Positions 1 to 14,191 of a stretch of DNA of 64,000 bases are shown here, piece after piece. The DNA comes from Octopus vulgaris (Eukaryota). The notes beneath the pieces were generated by a model, which had not been told where the DNA came from, searched no databases, and saw only the letters and a list, made by a program, of their open reading frames with translations. Location of the stretch: NCBI GenBank assembly GCA_951406725.2, contig OX597815.1, positions 213,776,001 through 213,840,000 of the forward strand, written 5' to 3'. Every line of letters begins with the position of its first letter. Within the stretch, counting starts at the first letter, position 1. The position numbers were made by a program, and so were the translations under genes.

Positions 1-415
1 CATAAGGGGAAACGGAGAAAACCGACGCGTTGTAGATACAAAGCTTTGTTTTCCGAGAGACAGAGGAGTGGCATCGAATGGGGATCCAGCAAAGAGCGGC
101 GCACGCGCACGAATCATTCTGCCGCCTCCCGCCTCGTATCCATCCGCCGCACGTGCTGCTACCGACATGTCTTCCGCCTCCAGCCGGATCATTCTACCAG
201 GGTCTCTACTCTCGTTCGACGCAGCAGCTGCAGCCGATGGATCGGCATGATTAAGAAAGATCTCCAGAGGCTCGACGTCGTCTTGGAGAATGCAAACAGG
301 CATGCACGGGACCGCCAGCGATGAGGAGCTCTGCTGTACTTGGTCAGCTCTGCAAACGATGACGCCACTGGGACCATTAACCCGCAATGGCCCCATCCAG
401 CAAGAGCATGAAGAC
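1..415 (+). mobile_element. 3' fragment of RTE-clade LINE (degenerate, runs off the window start)
   Basis: Translation ...HVFRLQPDH...RWIGMIKKDLQRLDVVLENANRHARDRQR*(W) matches the RTE C-terminal pattern GHVxR...RWxDxIKxDL...AxDRxxWR; ends at (TA)n. Confidence 0.6.
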
Positions 416-1206
416 AAATATATATATATATATATATATATAAACACACACACATAATGGGTAGTTAGGGTAAATCTCAGCTGCTTTCTCTTGCAGCACA
501 TCTGCTTTTCCCATTATTATAATCTAATATGGGATCACAGTTGCTGTTGTATGTTAGTCAAAATGCTTATTAAAACTGAGAATTATGGAAATGTTATGTG
601 CAGAGCTATTGCATAACAAAATAAGAAAGTGGAACATTTTTTGTATTATTTATTATCCAATACACATATTTCATTTACTAATACGAATTACAAAGTTTAA
701 CATGTTAGATAGACAAATAAGGAATTTCCTATTGAAGATTGAAACGTTTCAGAACCTGAAACTGAAAGTCTGAGATATTTTCTGTTTTTCGTTACCGGAC
801 ACATTTTCTTTAAGATAACTTCTTTTCATCCAAAGTATCCGTGAAACAAACAATGTAGACACACCACAATCGTTAGAGAGTAGCCTCTACACGCACAACA
901 AATCTGTAATTTGTCCTGTACAGAGCACAAACAAAGTATAACAGCAGTAATATTATGTGAAAAGTTGAAGCACAAATAATCGTCCGACCATTTTCGACCA
1001 ATAAGAGTCAGCTTAAACAGTGCTTCATTTTATTTCATTTAATCGGTGCATGAACGTAAGTGGTTGGCATGAAGCTCTGAGTGGCAATGGAGGAACTCAT
1101 CCGCTTCGTTTACGGGAAATGCTTTGAATAAGCATAAAAAAGCTCCAATTCTAATGTGCCGACTACAGCAGAACGATGCCAACGGGCGATACCAGACTTT
1201 TGGGAT

Positions 1207-1388
1207 CACACCATCAATCTATCTCCGCCAGTCACCAAAATACAATCCATTGTCGCCAGCACATTCTACCGATGTCAACTCTTGGCTGTCAATATCGGTT
1301 GGCACGACACATTGGCACAACAAAGTGAGCCAGAGTAGGAAAGATGACAATGAGATTAACACTCAGAAGTGATCAGTTCAAGGCCATC
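1207..1388 (+). repeat. 182-bp segment duplicated at 5158-5339 (copy 1)
   Basis: Direct comparison: 3 mismatches in 182 bp. Confidence 0.9.
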
Positions 1389-1492
1389 GTTAATGTAGGA
1401 TAAATATAGTAATCATACTAAATGGTCATGGGTGGAAGTTATAAATATTTTAAGGCATCGCTACGCGCGTTTCCACGAATCACATTTCTTAA

Positions 1493-1682
1493 GATCATAG
1501 CCCGTATTCCTGGGATGATTACTGTACAGTCCGTAGTATCCATGGACATCGGGAAGATCATATTCATGCATTCATTTCTTCCGACGATATGGCATTAACG
1601 GATGTGTTAAGTGAGGATTGTTTATCAAGTTTGACCAATGGAAAGGTTGACTGTAATCATCAAAGGAATACGGACTATGATC
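1493..1682. mobile_element. 190-bp MITE with TTAA target-site duplication (Kolobok/piggyBac-type)
   Basis: TIRs gatcatagcccgtattcctgggatgattac and revcomp gatcatagtccgtattcctttgatgattac; TTAA at 1489-1492 and 1683-1686. Confidence 0.7.
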
Positions 1683-1709
1683 TTAAGAATCATATTTGTA
1701 TGTGAGTGA

Positions 1710-2903
<1,194 letters not shown>

Positions 2904-4220
2904 TTAGAACTTCCCATTTGCAAAAATGTTTAGATGTTCAATAGACAGAATTTTTCCTAAGAGATGAATCTTTAACTTGTTTATGTACTCTTAGGTGATG
3001 CATCAGTTTTGATCCTGTTCAACCGATCTAATTCTCATTGCATTGCGTAGATGTATTGCAGTAAATGAATCGCTTTGTTTTGCAATTCATGTTTGCATTA
3101 AGCTTCAGTTCCTTCTCGTTCGTGAAACTTGTGGTTGTTCCCTATTCAAATATTTTAATTATTTCACGCGCCCCACTACGAGTGTCTCTGCCTTTGGTTC
3201 CCTGCAAAATTTCTTATTTGAAAGCTTGTCTTTGCTAAGAGATTTTTTTTAAAGATTTGATGGTTGTCTTTCGGTTGTTGATAATTTGCGAGGCTTTAAT
3301 TATGTTCCAAACATGTAAGGATTAATGTAAGACTGAAGGCTTCGTTCAGCTGAATATAAGATGCCCTGGATTATAGGGTTATAGGAAAGTCAAAGTAACC
3401 CAACTCCAAACAGCACCTACAGGCCAATGCGATCCTTACAATAGGCTGTTTAGAACAAGAATTGGAGTTATTAGCAACCAGAAACGCCATCGTCCATTAC
3501 AAAGATTTCTTTAGCTTTCGTTATGGCATGATTTGTTAAATTTGGTGAGTATTTTTCTCGCATAATAAAGAAAATGATGAACTATGAAAGACAAAAGAAT
3601 AATAATTTATAAGAATTCTAAATCCGAATCTAAACCAGAAATATTCAAAAATGCTATTGAAAACAACTTCCTCTATACGGATTATCCCGTAACACGTGTA
3701 TGCGAAATAATAAACAACGAAAGCGCTCACACACATAATGCGTAAACTTTCTTCCTAAAGGTTCGTGTCATTCTGTTTTTCTAAGATTTTCGAAATGGTA
3801 AACAATCTTAAAGAAAACGTTTCCATTTATTGTGACTGCATGAAGTATTTTTTACAAAACTCACACATGCACACACACACATACACACACATGCACATAC
3901 ACACACAACAGAAACACATACACACAAGTATACATGCACGTATGTATGTATGTATTTATATATGTACACACATCCAGATAAATGAAAGAGAGAGTACCAC
4001 AGTTTGTAGTCGAGTGTATTTATTTCCGTAAAGTTGCAGAGTTACTTTGTCAATATTCCGAGTTTCAAGTTCATGTTTGGCTGTTAAGACACAGCTTCAA
4101 CAATCTCAGGCGAGCGTGAATCGCCAGTGAACCATTATATTTAAAACACACAAACACATATACACTTACGCACGCATATACACTACTTTGGTCTCTTTAT
4201 CTATTTATATGAAGGCATCC

Positions 4221-4525
4221 ATAAGAAAATGAGATAACCGAATAACAAACGATTTCAGGTTTAACAGCTGTTTCTGTCGTAAGATGCCGTCGCCTCAGAG
4301 TTGAATGCCTGAGTAACATCTCACAACTTCACCGGAACCTCGAATATGATGTGCAATTTAATTGTAATTATTCTCCCGAATAAATTACATTTCATATTGG
4401 AGGTTCGGATGAATGTATGGGATGTTACTGAGGCATTCAACTATGAGTCCACTGCATCTAATAACTGAAACAGCTGTAACCTAAAGAAATTCATAAGATA
4501 ATCGTCTATTCCTTCGTTTTCTTAT
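4221..4525. mobile_element. ~305-bp imperfect foldback; inverted pair of Penelope-type pLTR remnants, each arm with a degenerate hammerhead
   Basis: Arms pair along their length (e.g. ctcagagttgaatgcctgagtaacatc with gatgttactgaggcattcaactatgag); hammerhead-like motifs at 4257-4340 (-) and 4401-4482 (+) end in GAAACAGCTG-T(T)A. Confidence 0.65.
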
Positions 4526-4606
4526 CACCGCTCTCTACTCGGCTAAGGCTTCGTTCTGAAGCAAATGTACATCGAATTCTACACCAGATTATTAGTCACA
4601 CAACGC

Positions 4607-4965
4607 CCACATGGTTCCGGGTTCAGTCCCACTGCGTGGCACCTTCTGGCAAGCGTCTTCTACTATAGCCTTGGGCCGACCAAAGCCTTGTGAGTGGATT
4701 TGGTGGACGGAAATTGAAAGGAAGCTCGTCGTATATATATATGTATGTATATGTTTGTGTGTCTGTGTTTGTCCCCTCCCCCCGCCCAACATCGCTTGAC
4801 AACCGATGCTGGTGTGTTTACGTCCCAGTAACTTAGCGGTTCGGCAAGAGAGACCGATAAAATAAGTACTAGGCTTACAAGGAATAAGTCCTGGAGGCGA
4901 TTTGCTCGACTAAAAACGGTGCTCCAGCATGGCCACAGTCAAATGACTGAAACGAATAACAGAAT
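4607..4965 (+). mobile_element. tRNA-derived SINE family A, 5'-truncated
   Basis: B-box ggttcagtcc, internal microsatellite, tail cggtgctccagcatggccacagtcaaatgactgaaac; many copies in window. Confidence 0.85.
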
Positions 4966-5110
4966 ACATCTCTCTCTCTTTCTCTCTCTCTCTTTCTTTG
5001 TATGTGTATGCATGTTTGTGAGTGTGTGTGTGTATAAATACACAGGCATACATACATGCATAGATATACATACACACATACATAATATGCATACACATTT
5101 ACACTCTCTC

Positions 5111-5147
<37 letters not shown>

Positions 5148-5157
5148 TACACACGCA

Positions 5158-5339
5158 CACACCATCAATCTATCTCCGCCAGTCACCAAAATACAATCCA
5201 TTGTCGCCAGCACATTCTACCGATGTCAACTCTTGGCTGTCAATATCGGTTGGCACGACACATTGGCACAACAAAGTGAGGCAGAGTAGGAAAGATGACA
5301 ATGTGATTAACACTCAGAAGGGATCAGTTCAAGGCCATC
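5158..5339 (+). repeat. 182-bp duplicated segment (copy 2 of 1207-1388)
   Basis: Direct comparison. Confidence 0.9.
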
Positions 5340-5447
5340 TTGGATGGCGCTCTTCTCTTGCTTCTCTCTTCATCATTCTGAACACCAACTCATACCAAGC
5401 TGGCTTTACCTACGCACCTCTGTAATGAGCATGATTGGCTGTAACAG

Positions 5448-5485
<38 letters not shown>

Positions 5486-5608
5486 AGTGTATCTGTAGGT
5501 ATCTGAGTGTGTGTGTTTGTGAATGAGTAGAAAAGGACAGTTTTGGGTGTTTGTAATTGTGAATGTCTCTGAATATGAACGTTTGTGAGTAAATATGCAT
5601 GATCGTGC

Positions 5609-5639
<31 letters not shown>

Positions 5640-6019
5640 CGTGCGTGTGTGTGTGTTTTTGTGTGTGTGTGTTTTTGTGTGTGTGTGTGTTTTTGTGTGC
5701 GCGTGCTTGAATATCTGCGTGTACGCATGTTGCCGCACAAGCAAAAATGTACGTACGTATGAATGTAAGGTTGTATGTGTGTCTCTGAATCTGCATGATG
5801 GCAGATAAGCAAGGTTGTATGCGTATATATGCCGTTTGCATATGTGCGTTTATGAGTGTGCGTATATATATTTAAATGAGTGTTTGTGCGTGTGTGCGCG
5901 CACTAACGGGCTTAATGTATGATATTGTGCGGGTTTGTGGGAATGTATTTTAGAGAATATCTGTGCAGGATTCGTGGTTTATGCTTATGTTTTAGTACTT
6001 TTAGAATAAACGCAAAGGG

Positions 6020-6055
<36 letters not shown>

Positions 6056-6091
6056 TTGTGTGTTCGTCTGATTTTGCGTATCTTTTTGATT

Positions 6092-6230
6092 AAGGTGTTG
6101 GACTCATGAATGCATGGTTTCGATTCCTAGACAAGTTGCATTCTTGTCCAAAGCCTTTCATTTCATGTTGCTCCAGTCCACTCAGCTGGCAAAAATCCTG
6201 CGACGGATTGGCATTCTCTCCAACGAGGGC
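6092..6230 (+). mobile_element. Degenerate SINE family C fragment
   Basis: B-box-like ggtttcgattcc and ctgcgacggattggc, similar to 63686-63970. Confidence 0.45.
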
Positions 6231-6630
6231 CGAAGTATATATACGCCGCAAAATCCGGGAATCCGACCTTAAAAGCATATAGCTCGGGAAAATCTTTTGA
6301 TCCTTTTGCTATATACACACACACATACAGGTATTTACACACGTATACACACATGTGCATAAATATATGTGCATGTGTTTGTGCGTTATATCCCTCGACA
6401 TAACGTTTCTTTCTTTTAAATATTGACTTCGCGTTCTTGAAACGTCATGTAAAGGATTATTGCTTAATATGGATTTCGCGTTACCCGATGCGCTAACGTA
6501 ATATCTGCATTAATTTAAAGATTGTTTATTTTAATGCAGACACTGATAAATTAAATCATCGATGTATTCTTTATTAAGTTGCAAAATAATTGCTATATAA
6601 GGATTTCCAATGGTTAAATAAATTTTATCA

Positions 6631-6785
6631 TAGGCACAGGCGTGGCTGTGTGGTAAGAAGCTTGTTTCCTAACTACATGGTTCAGGGTTCAGTCCCACCT
6701 TGGGAAAGTGTCGTCTACTATAGCCTCGGTTCTACCAAAGCCTTATAAGTGGATTTGGTAGATGGAACCTGAAAGAAGCTCATCG

Positions 6786-6827
<42 letters not shown>

Positions 6828-6957
6828 ACTGCGTCCATGCTGGAGCACTGCCTTTAGTCGACCAAATAGACCCCAGGACTTATTTTTTGTAAGCTTAGTA
6901 CTTATTCTATCGGTCTCACCAGCATCGGTTGTCAAACGATGTGGGGTGGGGGACAAA

Positions 6958-6990
<33 letters not shown>

Positions 6991-7105
6991 CATATACATA
7001 TATACGACGGGCTTTTTTTAGTAAAGCATATGTTGGCCCAGAGCTATAATAGACGACACTTGGCCAAGGTACCGTGTAGTGGGGCAGAACAGGAAACCAT
7101 GCCCA
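6631..7105. mobile_element. Rearranged SINE A pieces: + head ~6631-6790, - tail and head pieces ~6822-7105
   Basis: A-box gtggctgtgtggt and B-box on +; reverse-complement SINE A segments follow the (TA)n. Confidence 0.8.
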
Positions 7106-7339
7106 CTTCTCTCTGTATATATATGTGTGTGAATGTGTGCCTCTGTGTGTGTGTGTGTGTATGTATGTATGGTGTGGGCGTGTGTCACTGTTTGTGTGTT
7201 TGTGTGTGTGTAGTTATCGAGCACTCATGCGTCGTTCTCGATAGGAGAGTCTGTCTAACACATATAACACGCTATTATATATTGCTTAACTTGGTTCCTG
7301 ATGTACTGTTCGAAAAAATTTATACATCCTTATGACGTC

Positions 7340-7382
<43 letters not shown>

Positions 7383-7617
7383 GCAACAAAAACAACAGCA
7401 CACACACACGCACATACACACACACGCGGGCGCACACACACACACAGCGACGCAAACACGCTATCTTAAAGGTAATGCATTCGGTTTTGACACTGAGCTT
7501 TGTGATTATTTAGGACGTGTTTCCTGTTGTGGTCAGCCTTGCCTTCGCATACGCTACTTTCCCCCCCTGCATTATAGTTTCTGGCATTATTTGATGTTTG
7601 TAAATGACAACACTTAC

Positions 7618-7721
7618 TTTCCGGCCGGCTCAGTTGACGTCTGTTGTACTTGCCGACACAGATATCTCGTGCAGCCGTGTCTCTTTCTTGTTGTGCACCC
7701 AAATTGAAGCTCAAGAAACAC
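7618..7721 (-). other. Candidate spliced exon (104 nt)
   Basis: Minus strand: acttcttttcag|GTGTTTC...CCGGAAA|gtaagt; unique, higher-GC sequence; two open frames; no recognisable protein. Confidence 0.45.
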
Positions 7722-7974
7722 CTGAAAAGAAGTCTTCAACTAGAATAGCGTTGTGTTTGTAGTGCAATGAAGCGAATCGTCTGAAAGAGAAAAGTCTAGT
7801 CTATTCGCCTTTAATAAAAGGATACATGGTCATTGAAAAGATTGACAGAAATTATATGCAAGGTCATATTGCCAAAGATTTACCTGAAAATGAGTTGAAT
7901 AACCTATAAACTTTCCATGGTTTTTTTTTTTCTTTTTAGTAAATATCAAGTTTCTCTTCCCTTTCAGCTCGCAT

Positions 7975-9605
7975 TTGCACCTGTTACACCCTCCTCCAGG
8001 CTTTGCTCCTGGATACAATATGAGTAACCATGCCCTCACCCCACACTACTCATGTCATTACGCTCTCATACTTGCACACCTCCATGCACCTTTACACCGG
8101 TCAAGAAACGTCACGCACCTCATACCGCCACGTATACATACCTCTCCGATGCTAATCTCTGTACACAGATACCCTCCTATACCTGTATATTCCATACCCA
8201 CCTCCTAACTCCGCCCTAGAAACATATTTAACCACCTTTTCTTATATTTTTTTATTTTCCCATGACCTTTTGACATTCTTTTGCATTTTTTAAACGATAG
8301 ACTAGAATCCGAAACGTCAAGACTCTTAACATTCCTTTTAAGCATTAAAATAATACAGTTTATAAAACCTGTCCCTCTCCTATTGTCTTCTTTTAGTGTT
8401 CATTACGTAATATATATAACTTTAACGCTTTTACGAATGTCTTCTTTTTTCACTGCACACAATCTCCCGCGACCAGCTCACTTCTTTTTCTCTCTTTCTA
8501 TTCTTTTCTCTTTCTTCTCTTCTCTCGTTCCCTCTCTCCCAACATGCCCAGCTTCCACACCTTTCTCTGCCACCTGCACTCCTATCTCGAACTCTTTCTT
8601 GGTACTCCTCATTTTGTTTGTTCCCAACCTAGCTTCTCCTCAGATTACTCCAGCCATGTTTCTTTCCTCAGCCGCTGACTGCATTTTCGCTTTCTTTCTA
8701 ACGATTTCCCTCTCCACTTCCTTCCTATCTAATCTGCGTCTCTGTTAAATACATCTTCTTTCGCTCCTCCCAACTCTTCATGTATTCCCCCCGCCATTCC
8801 ACACACCTTCACAAAATCGCCACCTCCACCGCCTCCTTCTCCAGCCTCTCTATCTCTCCTCCATTTCTCACTTCTCCTCACTCAATCACTCTTATCTTTC
8901 ACCCTATCCTGAACTCTCAGCGCTTCATCTTCGTCGCCTCCATCAAGTCACGCAAATTGTACTCACTTTCTCACCTCTACATGCCGTCTCCTTTCCTCTT
9001 GTTCTACCTGTCCTTTCCTCCTCTTCCCATTCATCCCCTCCTCAAACCCAACCCCTGTTTCCCAACACCACTTCTACTCTCATCCCATCTCCTTCACTGA
9101 TCCACTCACCCACCTACACCCCTCCAACCTCAAATCCTCTCGATCTCTGTTGTCACTCTTCCTTTTCTCCTATCTCTTTCCGAAGCCGAGCTTTCTCTTC
9201 TTAGTAGAAGGCCAAGTTTCATACCGCTCACATCCACCCGCGAAGAGTTCCGGACCCCTACTGAAGTCGAACGGTTTATGCGCTGCACAGGTGTTTTTTT
9301 ACAGTGACACTCGTTCTACTAAACTACCTCTGATTGTTTCACCAACTTGTGCCGCCGACCATTACACGGAACGTCGAGTTCCAGGCTTGTTCACTTCTCT
9401 TGGTCAATTTACTGATAACAGTCACCGTGCAGTTGACCACTTCGACTTCTGAAGACATTTGCGACGCTCCGACATCTCCCGGACCGAACTCGCCGCTCTC
9501 CACTCCCTTCATCGTCTGAACAACATCATCAAAACGGCTGTCAAGGGCGGCATCTCGGTGGTGTGATAGGCCGATCTCTACAGAGGCGAAGCTCTTCTAT
9601 CTTCA
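7975..9605 (+). mobile_element. Penelope-like element relic: pLTR-like region plus degenerate N-terminal RT
   Basis: LSRRPSFIP (~9202; cf. LSKGxxFxP) and ELAALHSLHRLNNIIKTAVKGGISVV**ADLYRGEA (9486-9593; cf. IKPADKGGxVVVW..LY..EA); GAAACGTCAAGAC hammerhead 3' half at ~8311. Confidence 0.75.
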
Positions 9606-9914
9606 CCTGCCCTCTCACCCCACATCCTCCTTATCAACTTTTCCTTTTCTCCTCCATCCGTCTATTCATACATATTATGTATCATTCATTATTTTATTAC
9701 GAATGTGTATCAACTTTATTTCCTTTTTTTTCTTCAATATTCCGTACCCTTTGACAACTAGTGTTGATCTGTTTGCGTTCCCCGCAGTCCAGTAATTGAA
9801 AGATAAAAGCTAAAACTTTAGTGTTGTCAACTAATGTATTTCTGTGTAATTTCAGGAATTGTATTACGAGACATAATAATTTCTTGATATAATTCCTAAG
9901 TCAAGTGAAGAGAG

Positions 9915-9967
<53 letters not shown>

Positions 9968-10037
9968 TCCTTGTGTGTCCGCTGTAACAGTTTGAAACAT
10001 GAAGTTTATAACTTTTAATTTTACGGTGTAACATATA

Positions 10038-10193
10038 TACTCTTACTCTTTTACTTGTTTCAGTCATTCTTTGGAAGCGTAGTACTTATTCTATCGGTCT
10101 CTTTTTGCCGAACCGCTAAGTTACGGGGGCGTAAACATACCGCCATCGGTTGTCAAGCGATGTTGGGGGGGGGGACAAACACAGACACACAAG

Positions 10194-10269
<76 letters not shown>

Positions 10270-10445
10270 AATATACATATACATATATACGACAGCTTAC
10301 CGTCTACCAAATCCACCCACAAGGCTTTGGTCGGCTCGAGGCTATAGTAGAAGACACATGCCCAAGGTGCCACGCAGTGGGACTGAACCCGGAACCATGT
10401 AGTTCATAAACAAGCTACTTACCACACAGCCACTCCTACGCCTAT
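10038..10445 (-). mobile_element. SINE A with internal deletion
   Basis: Revcomp of A-box/B-box head and aagtaaaagagt tail. Confidence 0.9.
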
Positions 10446-11042
10446 ATTTAAAATTTTGTATAAAATTCCACAAATATGAGAAAAATAACATGGAAATCTT
10501 ACTATTAGTAAAGTACAAAGCAACAGTCAAAACTCAAAAACGCCATACGATAATCATGTACTAAGTAACTTGCTGAACTGACCAATACTTAACTAATTGC
10601 AGGAGTAAAAACTCTATTTCCCACTTCGGTCTGAATCCATTATCACCCTGATGCCCTGATTCTCTATCGTCTCTGCAATTTATGCTCGCGGTTCTTACCC
10701 GTTATTCACCATATATTATATAATACATCCACAAATAACTTCATAATTCCAACGCTGATATTTCCATATTTACTACCATATAATGGCATATTCAACATTT
10801 CCTTCACACTCAGTTTACACTGAAACCAAAGAAAATAACTATTCACTCTTAAAAGTCTACGTAATGAGTTACAGTTTTTAACACACTGTTGAACCCATGA
10901 TGTAATACTGGAGATTGAACTACGGAGAGTTTACAACTTATATGTTGAAACTCAAGTTAGAGATCCAGCACCATTAGATATCAAACGGAGTAACGATATA
11001 TTATCACTAACGGATTTTATACTTTCATGTATTTCACTTTAG

Positions 11043-11113
<71 letters not shown>

Positions 11114-11269
11114 GTGTGTCTGTCTGTCTGTCCGTCTGTCTGCCCGTCTGTCTGCCCGTCTGTCTATCTATCTATCTCAAAAATACATACACACATACCT
11201 GCATGCGCACGTTTATACAAACATACATACACATAGATATAGATATAAGCATATATATATGTACACATA

Positions 11270-11320
<51 letters not shown>

Positions 11321-11557
11321 ATATAGACACACATGTATATATTCTTTTGCTAGCCTTAGCAAAGCATGTATACATAAATATATATATATATGTATGCGCG
11401 CGCGTGGGCATCGATTTGTGCATATGTGTGTGTGTGATACATCTGTTTGTATGTGTATGCGTGCGTGCATGTATATGTATATATATATATATACACACAC
11501 ACACGCACATATATATATACACACACCTACTCGAATACACACCCACGCACACCCATC

Positions 11558-11615
<58 letters not shown>

Positions 11616-12178
11616 CATGCATATATACACATAAATAAGTTAGTCTCTAAAAGAATATCAGAATTCAATACAGAGTTCCTGTTTTTAGACAGGGTGAATA
11701 AGTAATGCCAAGTGGATAAAATAGTGAAGGTGATGACATTAATTTTGAATTATTCTTAGATTGATAGTTTGAAGAATATTATAGACAGGAAGGGGAAGAA
11801 ATGCCACAAGGCTGAAATCTGATTTTGGTGCATCGTTAATAAATATTGCCAGAGAAAAATATAGTGTTTCATACATATATGTTAATGGGAGAGATGGAAA
11901 GTGTAGACACAGAAACAAGGTGATGCAAAGAGAGGGTAAGAGAGAAAGAGAGAGAATGAGCGAGAGAGAAAGAGTCACAGAGAGAAAGATAGATAGAGAG
12001 AGAGACTGTGAAAAGGAAGAGGGTGAGAGAGTGGAATAGCTTTACATATACAGCCAGATACCGGATAAATTATAATTAAGCTCCTGGATGGACTAATGCG
12101 CACGCGGAAACCAGCACTAAAGTATACACACACACACACACGCACACACGCACGCACGCACGCACACACACACGCACG

Positions 12179-12222
<44 letters not shown>

Positions 12223-12420
12223 CGCACGCACACACACACACACACACACGCACACACACACAAGCACAAAGTGGCACACAAACGCGAAGTTTGTATGTGT
12301 GTACGTGCTTGTCTCTGTGACATGTATATATCAGACAATGTATTCATATATATAAATATATACATACATACATACATACATACATACATACATACATACA
12401 TACATACATACATACATACA

Positions 12421-12456
<36 letters not shown>

Positions 12457-12529
12457 TATATATGTATATATATATATCTATCTTTATATATGTATATGCG
12501 TATACATATATACATATATCTATGTTCTT

Positions 12530-12950
12530 TAACTCTTTTGCTTGTTTCAGTTACGTGACTGTGGCCTTGCTGGAGCATCGCCTTCAAAGCTTTTAATCGA
12601 ACAGTTCGATGCCAGAACTTATTTTTGAGTACTTATTCTATCGGTGTCTTTTACGGAACCGCTAATTTACAGGAACGTAAACACATCAACACCGGTTATC
12701 AAGCGGTGGTGGGGGACAAACACAGGCGCAAACACACTTACACACATAATATATATATATTTACATATGCATACATGTGTGCGTGTGTGTATGCACGACG
12801 AGTTTCTTTCAGTTCCCGTTTCCCAAATGCATTCACAAGGCTTCGGTCGGCCCAAGACTGAGACACTAGCCCAAGGTGCCATGTAGTGGGACAGAACCTA
12901 GAACCATGTGTTGGGAAGCAAGCTTCTTACCGCACAGCCACGCCTAAGGG
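12530..12950 (-). mobile_element. SINE A, diverged full-length copy
   Basis: Similarity to other SINE A copies from head to tail. Confidence 0.85.
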
Positions 12951-12969
12951 CATATATATATACATATAC

Positions 12970-13004
<35 letters not shown>

Positions 13005-13025
13005 CACATACATACATACATACAT

Positions 13026-13065
<40 letters not shown>

Positions 13066-13259
13066 CATACTTGTATACATACCTGCATACATATATCCAC
13101 ACATACATACCTGTATATATTCCCTCATGCATATTTATGCATACATAATTTTGGGTGTATATATATATGTGTGTCTGTGTGTGTGTGGGTATGAGTGTGT
13201 GTGCTTGCGTTTGTATAGATGTGTGTGTGTAACTTGTAACAATGAAAATATTAAAGAGG

Positions 13260-13790
13260 CAACGTGCGTACGTGCGTGCTCCGTTGCACGAACGTGCGTG
13301 CGAAAGAGGGAGAGTTCGTTCGTCGGTTCGTTTGAGAAGGAGAGGTTTAAGAGAGAAGAGAACGGTGGGAGTGAACAGACGTGGCAAGAAGGGGCTATAA
13401 TGATGTTGCTTGGGCGTTGCAGGCGGAGTCAGAGGGGCGAACGCAAAGGTAAAAGCGAAAGGAAAGAATCGTTCGTCAGTGATGCAGTTGAGCGCGTCTC
13501 TCGGAGCGCGACACCAGCAATGAGTCAGGCAGAATAAGATGGAAGATGTCAACTGGCATTCAATAACAAGTCGATTCTTAGTCAGAGAGAGAGAGAGAGA
13601 GGTAGAGAGATAGAGAGAGAGAGAGGTAGAGAGGGAGGTGGAGAGATAGAGAGAGAGGATACGCCGCTATCTCCTCTTTGTCCCTACGAAAAATGCCTCA
13701 GCACTGCTGCGAATTGGCTCGTTGCATAGTTTTCATCTTGCTCATTGTAAGTGGTTGGGGAGAGCGAGGAGGACGACTGTCAACAATTGT
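13260..13790 (-). promoter_or_regulatory. CpG-rich unique island; possible promoter or first exon
   Basis: CpG-rich non-repeat sequence; CCAAT on - (attgg ~13713), AP-1 TGAGTCA ~13521, (GA)n tract. Confidence 0.25.
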
Positions 13791-13909
13791 GCTGCTTTTA
13801 TATGTTTGTATGTATGTATGTATGTATGTATGTATGTATGTGTATATGCATTTATAAAATATATATGCATACACACATATATAACTACGTATGTATGTTA
13901 AGTATATAG

Positions 13910-13962
<53 letters not shown>

Positions 13963-14093
13963 CATATGTATACGCATATGTGTATGTTTATAAATATATA
14001 TATATATATGCAATATATATATACATATATTTACACATTTACACGTGTGTATAGATTTATGAATATATTTGTATTTGTGTATATATATATATA

Positions 14094-14191
<98 letters not shown>

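Noticed and set aside
10600-10900. NGFRP RT-like motif on the minus strand
   Set aside because: Single short motif without supporting neighbours
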